NCBI GenBank assembly: GCA_045659605.1
Contig: JAZOXF010000032.1
Span: forward strand, 5,364 to 69,363
From: Acutalibacteraceae bacterium
GTDB taxonomy: Bacteria; Bacillota; Clostridia; Oscillospirales; Acutalibacteraceae
Direction: 5' to 3'
DNA length: 64,000 nt
The notes under the pieces were generated by a model. It made no database searches, was not told where the DNA came from, and was given only the letters and a program-made list of their open reading frames with translations. Position numbers and translations under genes: made by a program. Below, in pieces: positions 26,668 to 35,324 of the stretch (position 1 is its first letter; every line of letters starts with the position of its first letter).

Positions 26668-28521
26668 ATGCCGCCAAGAAGACCCCGTGGTTTTTTAACC
26701 GAGGAAGAAAAGGCAAATATGCCTAAAGTTACCAAAGATTTACTTAAAAGAATACTTTCATATTTGTTGCCTTACAAGTGGCACTTTTTGCTTGTGTTTG
26801 CAGCGCTTTGCGTTTCGGCCTTGTTGGGACTTTTCCCGTCGGTTATAATTGGTAAGATTGTTGACACAATTGTTAAAAGTCCAAACTCCGAAGGCATAAA
26901 ATCCCTTATAAGTTTAATTGTTTTGGCTTTTATTGTAACAACTTCCTCTCAACTTTTAAATATTCTTGAACAGTATGTAAATACTTGGATTTCTCAAAAA
27001 ATCATATTTGATATGAGAAATCAACTTTATTACCATCTTCAAACAATGCCTCACGCCTTTTTCCTTGGTGAAAAACAGGGTGATATTATAACCCGAATGA
27101 ACAGCGATATTAACGGTGTTAGTTCAGTGGTTTCGGGAACACTTACTTCTATTGTCAGCAATTCTTTAATAGTTTTGTTTTCAGCAGGTTACCTTTTTTA
27201 CATCGATTGGCGAATGGCTTTGGTGGGAGTTGCGGTTATGCCTTTACTTCTTTTCCCAACAAGGTACATAAGTAAAAAACGTTGGAAATTGGTGTCCGAA
27301 GCTCAGGAAAAATACGATGGCTTAAATCAACAAATAAACGAAACCTTGTCGGTAAGCGGTTCAATGTTGGTGAAACTTTTCACCAAGGAAGACAGGGAAT
27401 TTAAAAGGTTTAAAGACATTAATAACGAAGTTACAGCCATTACCGTTAAGGAACAGCGTGCAGGCAGTTGGTTTAGGGTTATGATGGGTCTTGTAATGCA
27501 GTCTGCACCATTGATTATATATTTCGTGGGCGGTATTTTCATTATTAAGGGCGTAAACACCGGCTTGAGCGTGGGTGATATTACTGTTATCGTGGCTCTT
27601 ATTAATAAAATGAGTATGCCTATCAGAAGTCTTCTTGATATACATGTCGGTTTTGTAAGGTCGTTGGCGCTCTTCACAAGAATTTTTGATTATCTTGACC
27701 GCAAAAGTGACATTGCAAACGGTGATAATCCTTTAACTCCCGACCTTTCAAACAGCAGTGTGGAATTTAAGGGCGTTGAGTTTGCATATGATAAAAATAA
27801 GCCTATTTTAAAGGGTGTAGATTTTAAGGTTGAAAATGGTGAAATTTGCGCCATTGTGGGCACATCGGGGGCAGGTAAATCTACTATTATCGGTATGATA
27901 CCAAGACTTTACGATGTGGTGACCGGAAGTGTTTTGATTGCGGGTGTAAATGTTAAAGATTTTGACCTTTCTTATTTGCGACAAAACGTGGGAATGGTAA
28001 CACAGGATACCTATTTGTTCAACGGAACAATTCTTGAAAATCTTCTTTATGCCAAGGAAAGCGCTACCAAGGAAGAAATTGAAAATGCATGTAAAGTTGC
28101 CAATATTTACGATTTTATAATGTCCTTACCCGATAAGTTTGACACGGTGGTTGGTAACCGAGGGCTTAAACTTTCGGGCGGTGAAAAGCAAAGAATTTCC
28201 ATAGCCCGTGTGGTTTTAAAAGACCCTAAAATTTTAATTTTGGATGAGGCTACATCTTCCCTTGACTCTATTTCCGAAAGTCTCATTCAAACTGCGCTTG
28301 ATCGCGTTATGGAAAATCGTACAAGCATTATTATTGCCCATCGCCTTTCTACAATTATGGCGGCGGATAATATTATGCTTTTGGAAAAAGGCGTAATTAC
28401 CGCTACAGGTAAACACGATAAACTTTTGAAGACCAGTAAAAGTTACAAAAAACTTTATGAAACCCAGTTTAGTAAGGTTATCCAGTACGAAAAAGATAAG
28501 ATTCAAAAAAACATTGACTAA
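26668..28521 (+). CDS. ABC exporter, fused permease/ATPase (MsbA/MDR-like)
   Basis: Six-TM domain, Walker A GTSGAGKST, signature LSGGEKQR and Walker B ILILDEATS. Confidence 0.85.
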   Translation: MPPRRPRGFLTEEEKANMPKVTKDLLKRILSYLLPYKWHFLLVFAALCVSALLGLFPSVIIGKIVDTIVKSPNSEGIKSLISLIVLAFIVTTSSQLLNILEQYVNTWISQKIIFDMRNQLYYHLQTMPHAFFLGEKQGDIITRMNSDINGVSSVVSGTLTSIVSNSLIVLFSAGYLFYIDWRMALVGVAVMPLLLFPTRYISKKRWKLVSEAQEKYDGLNQQINETLSVSGSMLVKLFTKEDREFKRFKDINNEVTAITVKEQRAGSWFRVMMGLVMQSAPLIIYFVGGIFIIKGVNTGLSVGDITVIVALINKMSMPIRSLLDIHVGFVRSLALFTRIFDYLDRKSDIANGDNPLTPDLSNSSVEFKGVEFAYDKNKPILKGVDFKVENGEICAIVGTSGAGKSTIIGMIPRLYDVVTGSVLIAGVNVKDFDLSYLRQNVGMVTQDTYLFNGTILENLLYAKESATKEEIENACKVANIYDFIMSLPDKFDTVVGNRGLKLSGGEKQRISIARVVLKDPKILILDEATSSLDSISESLIQTALDRVMENRTSIIIAHRLSTIMAADNIMLLEKGVITATGKHDKLLKTSKSYKKLYETQFSKVIQYEKDKIQKNID

Positions 28522-28571
28522 ATTAGTCCTTAAAGGTAAAATATAATTAAAGAAACAGTGAGGTAATAAAA

Positions 28572-28883
28572 ATGAGCGAAATTAACAAAGAAGTAGAATA
28601 TAATCCCGATTTAATAACCTTGGCTGATGATGACGGCAAGGAATATAGTTTTGAGGTTTTAGATGCAATCGAAACCGATATGGGCAGATATTTGGCCCTT
28701 CTTCCCACCTTCGAAGACCCCAAGGAAATGCTTGATGACAGCGGTGAACTTGTAATCGTTAAGGTTATTGAAGAAGATGGCGAAGAGTTCTTCTGCGAAA
28801 TCGAAGATGACGACGAATACGAAACCGTTGCTGACGCTTTTGTTGACCGTTTGGAAGACTTTTTCGAGATAGACAATAAATAA
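28572..28883 (+). CDS. DUF1292 family protein
   Basis: Small acidic protein. LADDDGKEYSFEVLDAIE...RYLALLP is the typical DUF1292 pattern. Confidence 0.6.
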   Translation: MSEINKEVEYNPDLITLADDDGKEYSFEVLDAIETDMGRYLALLPTFEDPKEMLDDSGELVIVKVIEEDGEEFFCEIEDDDEYETVADAFVDRLEDFFEIDNK

Positions 28884-28892
28884 TTTAACGAA

Positions 28893-29088
28893 AAGTCCTG
28901 TGCTGTTCGCGGACCGTGACTTATATAGCCCTACAACCTTTAACATGGGGCCTAAACTCGTATAGTGGGCTTGCAGACCTCCCGCGGCTGTGCCGAGTTC
29001 GGAAGAAGGGAGCGCGAAGCTATACGGTCGGCACCCACCTGACTATTGTCAGGTTATTTTAAGCACATTACGGCAGTACGGGACCAAA
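28893..29088 (+). ncRNA. ssrS: Probable 6S RNA
   Basis: ~195 nt with 5' GTCCTGTGCTGTTCG pairing to 3' CGGCAGTACGGGAC (14 bp, 4 G-U). Segments resemble E. coli 6S from memory: TGTTCGC near the 5' end, CTCCCGCGGCTGTG.CGAG in the centre, and CACC-hairpin(CTGACTATTGTCAGG)-TTA on the 3' side of the bubble. It is non-coding and followed by a terminator. Confidence 0.55.
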
Positions 29089-29108
29089 TACATTTGTAGC
29101 TGAAAAGA

Positions 29109-29146
29109 CTTCACCAAGGCAAAACTTGGTAAAGCCTTTTTTGTTT
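29109..29146 (+). terminator. Rho-independent terminator downstream of the ncRNA
   Basis: CTTCACCAAG-GCAAAA-CTTGGTAAAG followed by CCTTTTTTGTTTTTTT. Confidence 0.65.
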
Positions 29147-29213
29147 TTTTAGATTTTGTTTTTAGTTTGTTAAAATTTACATGGTATAATTTGGTAAAGA
29201 AAAGAGTGATCAA

Positions 29214-30566
29214 ATGAATAACTTAACCGAGAGAGAATTGATGCTTGCTGAAAAATGTTTGCAAAACAGCAAAATTGACCCCCAACTTTACATAGATAAT
29301 AAAGTGAACAGAGGTCTTAGAGACCTGAACGGTAAGGGCGTGCTTACCGGACTTACCGAAATTTCCGATATTATTTCTAAGAAAATTGTAGATGGCGAGG
29401 AAGTGCCCTGCGCAGGTGAACTTTATTACCGTGGATATCCAATTGAGGATATTGTAAACGGCGCAATGAAGGATGACCGTTTTGCTTTTGAGGAGATAGT
29501 TTATCTTTTGATTTTTGGATGTTTGCCCACAAAGGATGAACTTGAAGACTTTAAAGAGCAACTTTTTTCTTATAGAACTTTGCCCGATAATTTCGTGCGA
29601 GATGTTATAATGAAAGCGCCTTCATCCGATATGATGAACTCCTTGGCAAGAAGTGTGCTTATGCTTTATTCTAATGACCTTCAGGCTGACGATACCAGTA
29701 TTCCTAATGTTTTAAAACAATGTTTGCAACTTGTTGCCCGTTTTCCACAACTTTCGGTTTACGGTTACCACGCTTATAATTACCATTGGAAAAAGAGCGA
29801 CAGTTTCTTTATTCACGAACCTGACCCTAATTTGTCCACTGCCGAAAATATCCTTTATATGCTTAGAATAGACGGTAAATTCACTCCTCTTGAGGCAAAG
29901 GTTTTAGATATTGCTTTGGTGCTTCACGCCGAACACGGGGGTGGTAATAACTCCACCTTCACAACCCACGTTGTTTCTTCTTCGGGAACAGATACCTATT
30001 CCGCTATTGCGGCGGCCATCGGTTCACTGAAAGGCCCCAAACACGGTGGCGCAAATATCAAGGTTACCGAAATGTTTAATGATATAAAGAAAAATATCAA
30101 AGACTGGACCGACCGTGAAGAAATTTCCGAATATTTGCTTAAAATACTTAACAAAGAAGCCTTTGACAAGGCGGGTTTGATTTATGGTATAGGTCATGCG
30201 ATTTACTCGGTTTCTGACCCTCGTGCCAAGGTGTTAAAGCGCTTTGTTCAAGAACTCTCCGTGGAAAAGGGTTTAACAAAGGAATACGAACTTTATTCTC
30301 TTATTGAAGAGTTGGCGCCTGAGATTATTTCCAAAAAGCGTAAAATGTATAAGGGCGTTAGCGCTAATATAGATTTCTACAGTGGATTTGTTTATGATAT
30401 GTTAGGTTTGCCCCACGAGTTATATACACCCATTTTCGCAATGGCTCGTATTGCAGGTTGGTCGGCTCACCGAATCGAGGAAATTATTAATGCAGGTAAA
30501 ATTATCCGCCCTTCTTATATGGCAGTGCAACCTCATAGAGATTATAAAGAGATGAGTGACCGATAA
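29214..30566 (+). CDS. Citrate synthase (citrate/2-methylcitrate synthase family)
   Basis: VLHAEHGGGNNSTF, GPKHGGAN and GIGHAIY are catalytic His/Asp region signatures. An extended -10 TGgTATAAT at 29182-29190 lies upstream. Confidence 0.85.
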   Translation: MNNLTERELMLAEKCLQNSKIDPQLYIDNKVNRGLRDLNGKGVLTGLTEISDIISKKIVDGEEVPCAGELYYRGYPIEDIVNGAMKDDRFAFEEIVYLLIFGCLPTKDELEDFKEQLFSYRTLPDNFVRDVIMKAPSSDMMNSLARSVLMLYSNDLQADDTSIPNVLKQCLQLVARFPQLSVYGYHAYNYHWKKSDSFFIHEPDPNLSTAENILYMLRIDGKFTPLEAKVLDIALVLHAEHGGGNNSTFTTHVVSSSGTDTYSAIAAAIGSLKGPKHGGANIKVTEMFNDIKKNIKDWTDREEISEYLLKILNKEAFDKAGLIYGIGHAIYSVSDPRAKVLKRFVQELSVEKGLTKEYELYSLIEELAPEIISKKRKMYKGVSANIDFYSGFVYDMLGLPHELYTPIFAMARIAGWSAHRIEEIINAGKIIRPSYMAVQPHRDYKEMSDR

Positions 30567-30604
30567 ATTTGGAAATATTTTTTTAAAATTTTTTTAAAAA
30601 AATA

Positions 30605-30655
30605 TTGCAGTGATAAATTGAAAGTGATATAATATTCCAGTGATAAAAAATATCA
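30605..30655 (+). promoter_or_regulatory. Promoter (TTGCAG-17-TGaTATAAT) bracketed by two CAGTGATAAA direct repeats and a TGATA-N5-TATCA palindrome
   Basis: CAGTGATAAA occurs at 30608-30617 and 30638-30647, exactly 30 nt apart and flanking the -10 at 30628-30633. Inverted repeat TGATAAAAAATATCA lies at 30641-30655. Confidence 0.45.
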
Positions 30656-30695
30656 TTAAATCTCAGAATTTTCAGATCAGAGAGGGACGATTAAC

Positions 30696-31895
30696 ATGTC
30701 AGAAAACACCCGTTTAGTTGGTACTATTTCAAGGGGTATTCGTTGCCCAATTATCCGAGAAGGTGACAATTTAGCAAAAATAGTTACCGACAGTGTTATT
30801 GCTGCCGCTGAGAGTGAATGCTTTTCTCTCAGAGATCGCGATGTTATTTCCCTTACGGAGTCAATAGTTGCTCGTTCACAGGGTAATTATGCTTCGGTAG
30901 ACGATATAGCAGCAGATATTAAATCAAAATTCGGTGAAGAAACAGTTGGTGTTATTTTCCCAATTTTATCCCGTAACCGTTTTGCAATTTGCCTTAAAGG
31001 TATTGCAAGAGGTGCCAAAAAAATAGTGTTGATGTTAGCCTATCCATCAGATGAGGTTGGTAATGAGCTCGCCGATTGGGATAAGATTGATGAAGCTGGC
31101 ATTAACCCTCATTCAGATGTTTTATCGCTTGAACGCTACCGCGAGGTATTTGGTGTTCATCCGCTTGAGTTTACAGGCGTTGATTACGTTGAATATTATC
31201 AAAACCTTATTAAGTCTGAGGACTGCGAGGTTGAGATTATATTTGCTAATCAGCCCAAGGCTATTCTTGATTATACAGATTGCGTTTTGACTTGTGATAT
31301 TCATACACGCGCAAGAACAAAGCGTTTGCTTAAAAAAGCAGGTGCTAAAATAGTTTTTGGTTTAGATGATATATTAAATGCTCCTATTAACGGAAGCGGT
31401 TGTAACGAAAATTACGGTCTTTTAGGTTCTAATAAATCTACCGAGGATAAGGTTAAGCTATTCCCAAGAGAGTGCAAACCTCTAGTACTTGAAATTCAAA
31501 AACTCATTAAAGAAGCTACAGGTAAGAATGTTGAAGTAATGGTTTACGGCGACGGCGCATTCAAAGACCCCAAAGGTAAGATTTGGGAACTTGCTGACCC
31601 TGTTGTTTCACCTGCATTTACTGACGGTCTTGTCGGCACACCTAACGAGTTAAAACTCAAATATTTAGCTGATAACGATTTTAAAGACCTTTCGGGTGAC
31701 GCTCTTAAGGAGGCTATTTCAAATAGCATAAAAGCGAAGAACGGCAGTTTGGTTGGTAATATGGCAGCTCAGGGCACTACCCCACGTCAGCTCACCGACC
31801 TTATAGGTTCTCTGTGTGACTTGACTTCAGGTTCAGGCGATAAGGGAACACCTGTTGTTTTGGTTCAGGGTTATTTTGATAACTATACAAACTAA
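30696..31895 (+). CDS. CofE-like (F420-0:gamma-glutamyl ligase family) protein with a large insertion
   Basis: CPIIREGDNLAKIV...DRDVISLTESIVARSQGN, NENYGLLGSN, GKNVEVMVYGDG and GSGDKGTPVVLVQG align by eye with CofE blocks. At 399 aa it is longer than CofE (~250 aa). Confidence 0.55.
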   Translation: MSENTRLVGTISRGIRCPIIREGDNLAKIVTDSVIAAAESECFSLRDRDVISLTESIVARSQGNYASVDDIAADIKSKFGEETVGVIFPILSRNRFAICLKGIARGAKKIVLMLAYPSDEVGNELADWDKIDEAGINPHSDVLSLERYREVFGVHPLEFTGVDYVEYYQNLIKSEDCEVEIIFANQPKAILDYTDCVLTCDIHTRARTKRLLKKAGAKIVFGLDDILNAPINGSGCNENYGLLGSNKSTEDKVKLFPRECKPLVLEIQKLIKEATGKNVEVMVYGDGAFKDPKGKIWELADPVVSPAFTDGLVGTPNELKLKYLADNDFKDLSGDALKEAISNSIKAKNGSLVGNMAAQGTTPRQLTDLIGSLCDLTSGSGDKGTPVVLVQGYFDNYTN

Positions 31896-31913
31896 TTTAC
31901 GGGAGGAATATAA

Positions 31914-32915
31914 ATGGATACAAATGTACGTCCCGATTCAATGGCAAGAATTACTACCAAAGAATTAGCTGATAAATTTATTGACGAGCAAATCAAGGCT
32001 GTCAGAGAACAGGTTGGAGATAAAAAGGTGCTTTTAGCCCTCTCCGGCGGTGTTGACTCTTCGGTTGTTGCAGCACTACTCATTAAGGCTATCGGCAAAC
32101 AGCTTGTTTGTGTTCACGTTAACCATGGCCTTATGAGAAAAGGTGAAAGCGAAGCCGTTATCGAAATGTTTGGCAACGAGCTTGACGCTAACCTCGTTTA
32201 TGTTGACGCTACCGACCGTTTCCTTGATTTGTTGGCAGGTGTTGATGAGCCTGAGAAAAAGAGAAAGATTATCGGTGCTGAGTTTATCAATGTTTTCGCT
32301 GATGAAGCTCGTAAACTTGAAGATATTGACTTCTTAGGTCAAGGTACAATTTACCCTGACATTCTTGAGAGTATTAAGCAGGCTGAAGGTAAAAAGGCTG
32401 TTAAATCTCACCACAACGTGGGTGGCCTTCCTGAGGACCTTAAGTTTGAACTTGTTGAGCCTATTAAGTTGCTCTTTAAGGATGAAGTTCGTGTTGTTGG
32501 CGAGGCTTTAGGTTTACCACATGCAATGGTTTACCGTCAACCCTTCCCAGGTCCCGGACTTGGTGTTCGTTGCTTGGGCGCTATCACTCGCGACCGTCTC
32601 CACGCCCTTCGTGAAGCCGATGCAATTTTAAGAGAAGAGTTTGACAAAAACGGTCTTGCTGAAAAGGTTTGGCAGTATTTTGTTGTAATTCCTGATATTA
32701 AGAGCGTTGGCGTTAAGGACGAAAGCCGTTACGAAGGCTGGCCTGCAATCATTCGCGCCGTAAATACTACCGACGCTATGAGCGCTACCATTGAAGAAAT
32801 TCCTTATTCTATTCTTCACCATATCACTAATAGAATTACCACCGAGGTTGAAGGCATCAACCGTGTTCTTATGGACCTTACACCAAAGCCCGTAGGCACC
32901 ATCGAATGGGAATAA
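31914..32915 (+). CDS. guaA: GMP synthase ATP-pyrophosphatase/dimerisation subunit only (no glutamine amidotransferase domain)
   Basis: P-loop LSGGVDSSV occurs at residue ~43, against ~230 in fused GuaA. Also HHNVGGLP, and the C-terminus KPVGTIEWE is the canonical GMPS end. The protein is 333 aa. Confidence 0.8.
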   Translation: MDTNVRPDSMARITTKELADKFIDEQIKAVREQVGDKKVLLALSGGVDSSVVAALLIKAIGKQLVCVHVNHGLMRKGESEAVIEMFGNELDANLVYVDATDRFLDLLAGVDEPEKKRKIIGAEFINVFADEARKLEDIDFLGQGTIYPDILESIKQAEGKKAVKSHHNVGGLPEDLKFELVEPIKLLFKDEVRVVGEALGLPHAMVYRQPFPGPGLGVRCLGAITRDRLHALREADAILREEFDKNGLAEKVWQYFVVIPDIKSVGVKDESRYEGWPAIIRAVNTTDAMSATIEEIPYSILHHITNRITTEVEGINRVLMDLTPKPVGTIEWE

Positions 32916-32928
32916 AGAGAATAAAACT

Positions 32929-32964
32929 AAACGGCTTGGAAGTTAGTTTCCAAGCCGTTTTTAT
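32929..32964. terminator. Terminator between convergent genes
   Basis: AAACGGCTTGGAA-GTTAGT-TTCCAAGCCGTTT followed by TTA. Confidence 0.75.
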
Positions 32965-32973
32965 ATTGAACAT

Positions 32974-33813
32974 TTATTTATGTTTTAGTATTTCCATTGC
33001 TTCTTCATAAGGGTAGTAATTTTGCAATTTTTCAATATCTTTATCATTGGCATCATCTAAATAAAAATGTAAGAACCAGGCTTTGTTAAAGGCGGAGTTG
33101 AATTTTTTGTGATTGCCATCAATAAGAACGCCGTAAACATTAATACATCTTGAAAAGAAATTTATTATAAAGCCTAAAATCAATGCAAGGGAACATATCA
33201 CCGCGATTATAATGCTTGTGATTAACTGGAATGGTAAAATCAAAGCGATAGCCATAGCAAAAACCAAAGCGGTCACAAAACAATGGATAATAAAATAGGT
33301 GAATTCGGAACTGGTTATATTGTCTTTAATGTATTTTGATTTATTAAAAATAAGACGGTTTTTGTTGTTTTCGACAAGATATTTTTTACACTTTTTATAC
33401 ATTGTTCGGTGGTAACATTGTTGGAGTATATGCTTGGTAAGGTTTTTCTTTTCGATAGTAAACAATAATGTGATGGTTTCACAGCAAAGCCAATATATTT
33501 CCTTATAAATCCTATATCTAACAATAATATTTGCAAATAAAATGCCCACGATGGCTGTTGCGAGAAATATACATCCTTTGCCTTGCCAAGAAATAATATC
33601 AAGAGAAAAAGCAAAAGGGATGAGAAATGAACACATTGCTAAATATATGGTAAGTAATTGGTCGCGTTTACTTTGTTGAAGACCAAGTTCAGCAATTGTA
33701 AGTTCGTAAAGTTTTTCAAGGTCAATATTAGGTTCCGTAGTTTTCATACTATCAGGAATTTTGAAAACTATAAAGTTATCTTTGGTATTTAAATTTCCTT
33801 CTTTTTTATTCAT
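32974..33813 (-). CDS. Hypothetical polytopic membrane protein (AT-rich gene)
   Basis: 279 aa with about 4 hydrophobic helices and no motif I recognise. Its start overlaps the IMPase stop by 4 nt. It is visibly more AT-rich than its neighbours. Confidence 0.4.
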   Translation of the reverse strand: MNKKEGNLNTKDNFIVFKIPDSMKTTEPNIDLEKLYELTIAELGLQQSKRDQLLTIYLAMCSFLIPFAFSLDIISWQGKGCIFLATAIVGILFANIIVRYRIYKEIYWLCCETITLLFTIEKKNLTKHILQQCYHRTMYKKCKKYLVENNKNRLIFNKSKYIKDNITSSEFTYFIIHCFVTALVFAMAIALILPFQLITSIIIAVICSLALILGFIINFFSRCINVYGVLIDGNHKKFNSAFNKAWFLHFYLDDANDKDIEKLQNYYPYEEAMEILKHK

Positions 33814-34616
33814 CTTAAAATTTCCTCGTAAGGTATGGTTTTAATATGTTTTTTTACAATTCCTAGAAGCTTTTGGTGGTTTTCTTGGGTGTTTGCCGCA
33901 ATCACAGGAGAAGCACGGTCAAGTTTTATGTCGGTGCCACTAAGGTCGGTTATAATTCCACCAGCCTCTCTTAAAATAACAATTCCTGCGCAGAGGTCCC
34001 AAGGGAAAACGCGGAACTCGAAAAACAGTTCGCAAGAACCTCTTGCAAGAAGAGAAATATCTATAGCGCAAGAACCGGAACGGCGCATATCAACACTATT
34101 GTGGTAAACATCTCTCAAAATATCAATGCACATTTCGGCATAGTCCTTGTTGTAAAGGCTAAAGGCAGTGCAAAACAAAGAGTTTTTAAAATCACGGTCG
34201 GAAACATTGATTTTTTCGCCGTTTAAAAAGGCGCCACAACCTGAAATAGCATGGTAAAGTTCGTTTTTATATGGCATATAGATAACGCCTAAAATAGGTT
34301 TGTCGTTGTGAACCAAACCGACCGAGATTGCAGTTTCACTAATACCTCTTGAAAAATTAACCGTTCCGTCAATGGGGTCAACAATCCAAAGATATTCGGA
34401 TTTATTTAACGATTTGGTGTTTTCCTCACCAAAAAATGCAGAATTTGGTATCAACTCAACTAATTTTTCTTCAAGGAATTTTTGAACCGCAATATCAGCT
34501 GAGGTTACAAAATTAACGTGGGAACCCTTTTCGGTGGTGGTAAAATCCCCTTTGGTGAATTTGGCTGATTCTTTAGTGATTTCAATAACTTTTTCAAGAA
34601 TTAGGTTTAAATCCAA
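33810..34616 (-). CDS. Inositol monophosphatase family protein (SuhB-like)
   Basis: FFGEE, WIVDPIDGT(V)NF and WDLCAG motifs. I prefer the TTG start at 34616, 9 nt after GGAGG. The ORF-track N-terminal extension has no SD. Confidence 0.8.
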   Translation of the reverse strand: MDLNLILEKVIEITKESAKFTKGDFTTTEKGSHVNFVTSADIAVQKFLEEKLVELIPNSAFFGEENTKSLNKSEYLWIVDPIDGTVNFSRGISETAISVGLVHNDKPILGVIYMPYKNELYHAISGCGAFLNGEKINVSDRDFKNSLFCTAFSLYNKDYAEMCIDILRDVYHNSVDMRRSGSCAIDISLLARGSCELFFEFRVFPWDLCAGIVILREAGGIITDLSGTDIKLDRASPVIAANTQENHQKLLGIVKKHIKTIPYEEILR

Positions 34617-34688
34617 TGATAACAACCTCCAATACAGTTTATATTTATTATAACAACAATTCTTTGGTAAAGCAATAGGAAATATGCC

Positions 34689-34744
34689 TTGACAAAAGAC
34701 CACCAAAAGAGTAAAATAACAAGTGATATATAACAGATGTTATT
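34689..34744 (+). promoter_or_regulatory. Promoter TTGACA-17-TAAAAT with overlapping inverted repeat AATAACA-N16-TGTTATT (candidate TetR operator)
   Basis: TTGACA at 34689-34694 and TAAAAT at 34712-34717. The inverted-repeat arms are at 34715-34721 and 34738-34744, directly upstream of the TetR gene. Confidence 0.4.
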
Positions 34745-34759
34745 TAACGGAGGTGCAAT

Positions 34760-35320
34760 ATGGCTCCAAAAATTAAAACAACAAGAGAAGATATTATAAA
34801 AACAGCAGTTGAGATGGTTAAAACCAGTGGTGCCGATGTCTTGGGAGCAAGGGCATTGGCAGGGATTTTGGGATGTTCTACTCAACCGATATTTTCAAAT
34901 TTTCAAACAATGGATGATTTGCGTTTGGCCGTGGTTCATGAGGCTGACCGTTTGTGTGAGGAATATATGAAACGGGAGATGGAGAGTGGGGAGTACCCGC
35001 CTTACAAGGCTACCGGTATGGCTTACATCCGTTTTGCCAAGGAAGAAAAGGAACTTTTCAAACTTTTATATATGCGTGACCGTGCTAACGAAAAAATCCC
35101 CAATACTACCGGATTTGGTGATGAAATTGAATCGATGGTGCAGGATAATACAGGCCTTAAGGGGCAGGATGCCAGACTTTTTCATTTGGAAATGTGGGCC
35201 TATGTTCACGGAATTGCCACAATGTTTGCAACGGGATTTTTGGATTTGGATTGGGCACTTGTGAGTAAAATGATTACTGATTGTTATCAAGGCCTTAAAA
35301 AGCAATACGGTATGGAGTGA
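34760..35320 (+). CDS. TetR/AcrR family transcriptional regulator
   Basis: N-terminal HTH region (REDIIKTAVEMVKTSGADVLGARALAGILGCSTQPIFSNF). The size and all-helical C-terminus fit the family. Confidence 0.75.
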   Translation: MAPKIKTTREDIIKTAVEMVKTSGADVLGARALAGILGCSTQPIFSNFQTMDDLRLAVVHEADRLCEEYMKREMESGEYPPYKATGMAYIRFAKEEKELFKLLYMRDRANEKIPNTTGFGDEIESMVQDNTGLKGQDARLFHLEMWAYVHGIATMFATGFLDLDWALVSKMITDCYQGLKKQYGME

Positions 35321-35324
35321 TGGT

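Noticed and set aside
28547-28876. A 109-aa serine-rich ORF on the minus strand.
   Set aside because: It is antisense to the acidic DUF1292 gene, so GAA/GAT codons read as TTC/ATC/TCx. This is a shadow ORF.
28893-29146. Interpretation of the intergenic RNA as SRP (4.5S/scRNA) because of a GGAA tetraloop flanked by GAG/GGGAGC.
   Set aside because: The flanks of the GGAA loop do not form the symmetric and asymmetric loops of helix 8, and the 5' and 3' arms are very unequal. The ~195-nt size with paired termini fits neither small (~100 nt) nor Bacillus-type (~270 nt) SRP RNA. The overall layout matches 6S better. The alternative is kept in mind pending a covariance-model test.
34617-34706. The ORF-track N-terminal extension of the IMPase gene, and the overlapping 92-aa ORF at 34607-34885.
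   Set aside because: The extension has no SD and an odd composition. TTG 34616 after GGAGG gives a normal ~268-aa IMPase. The 92-aa ORF spans the divergent promoter region and has no support.
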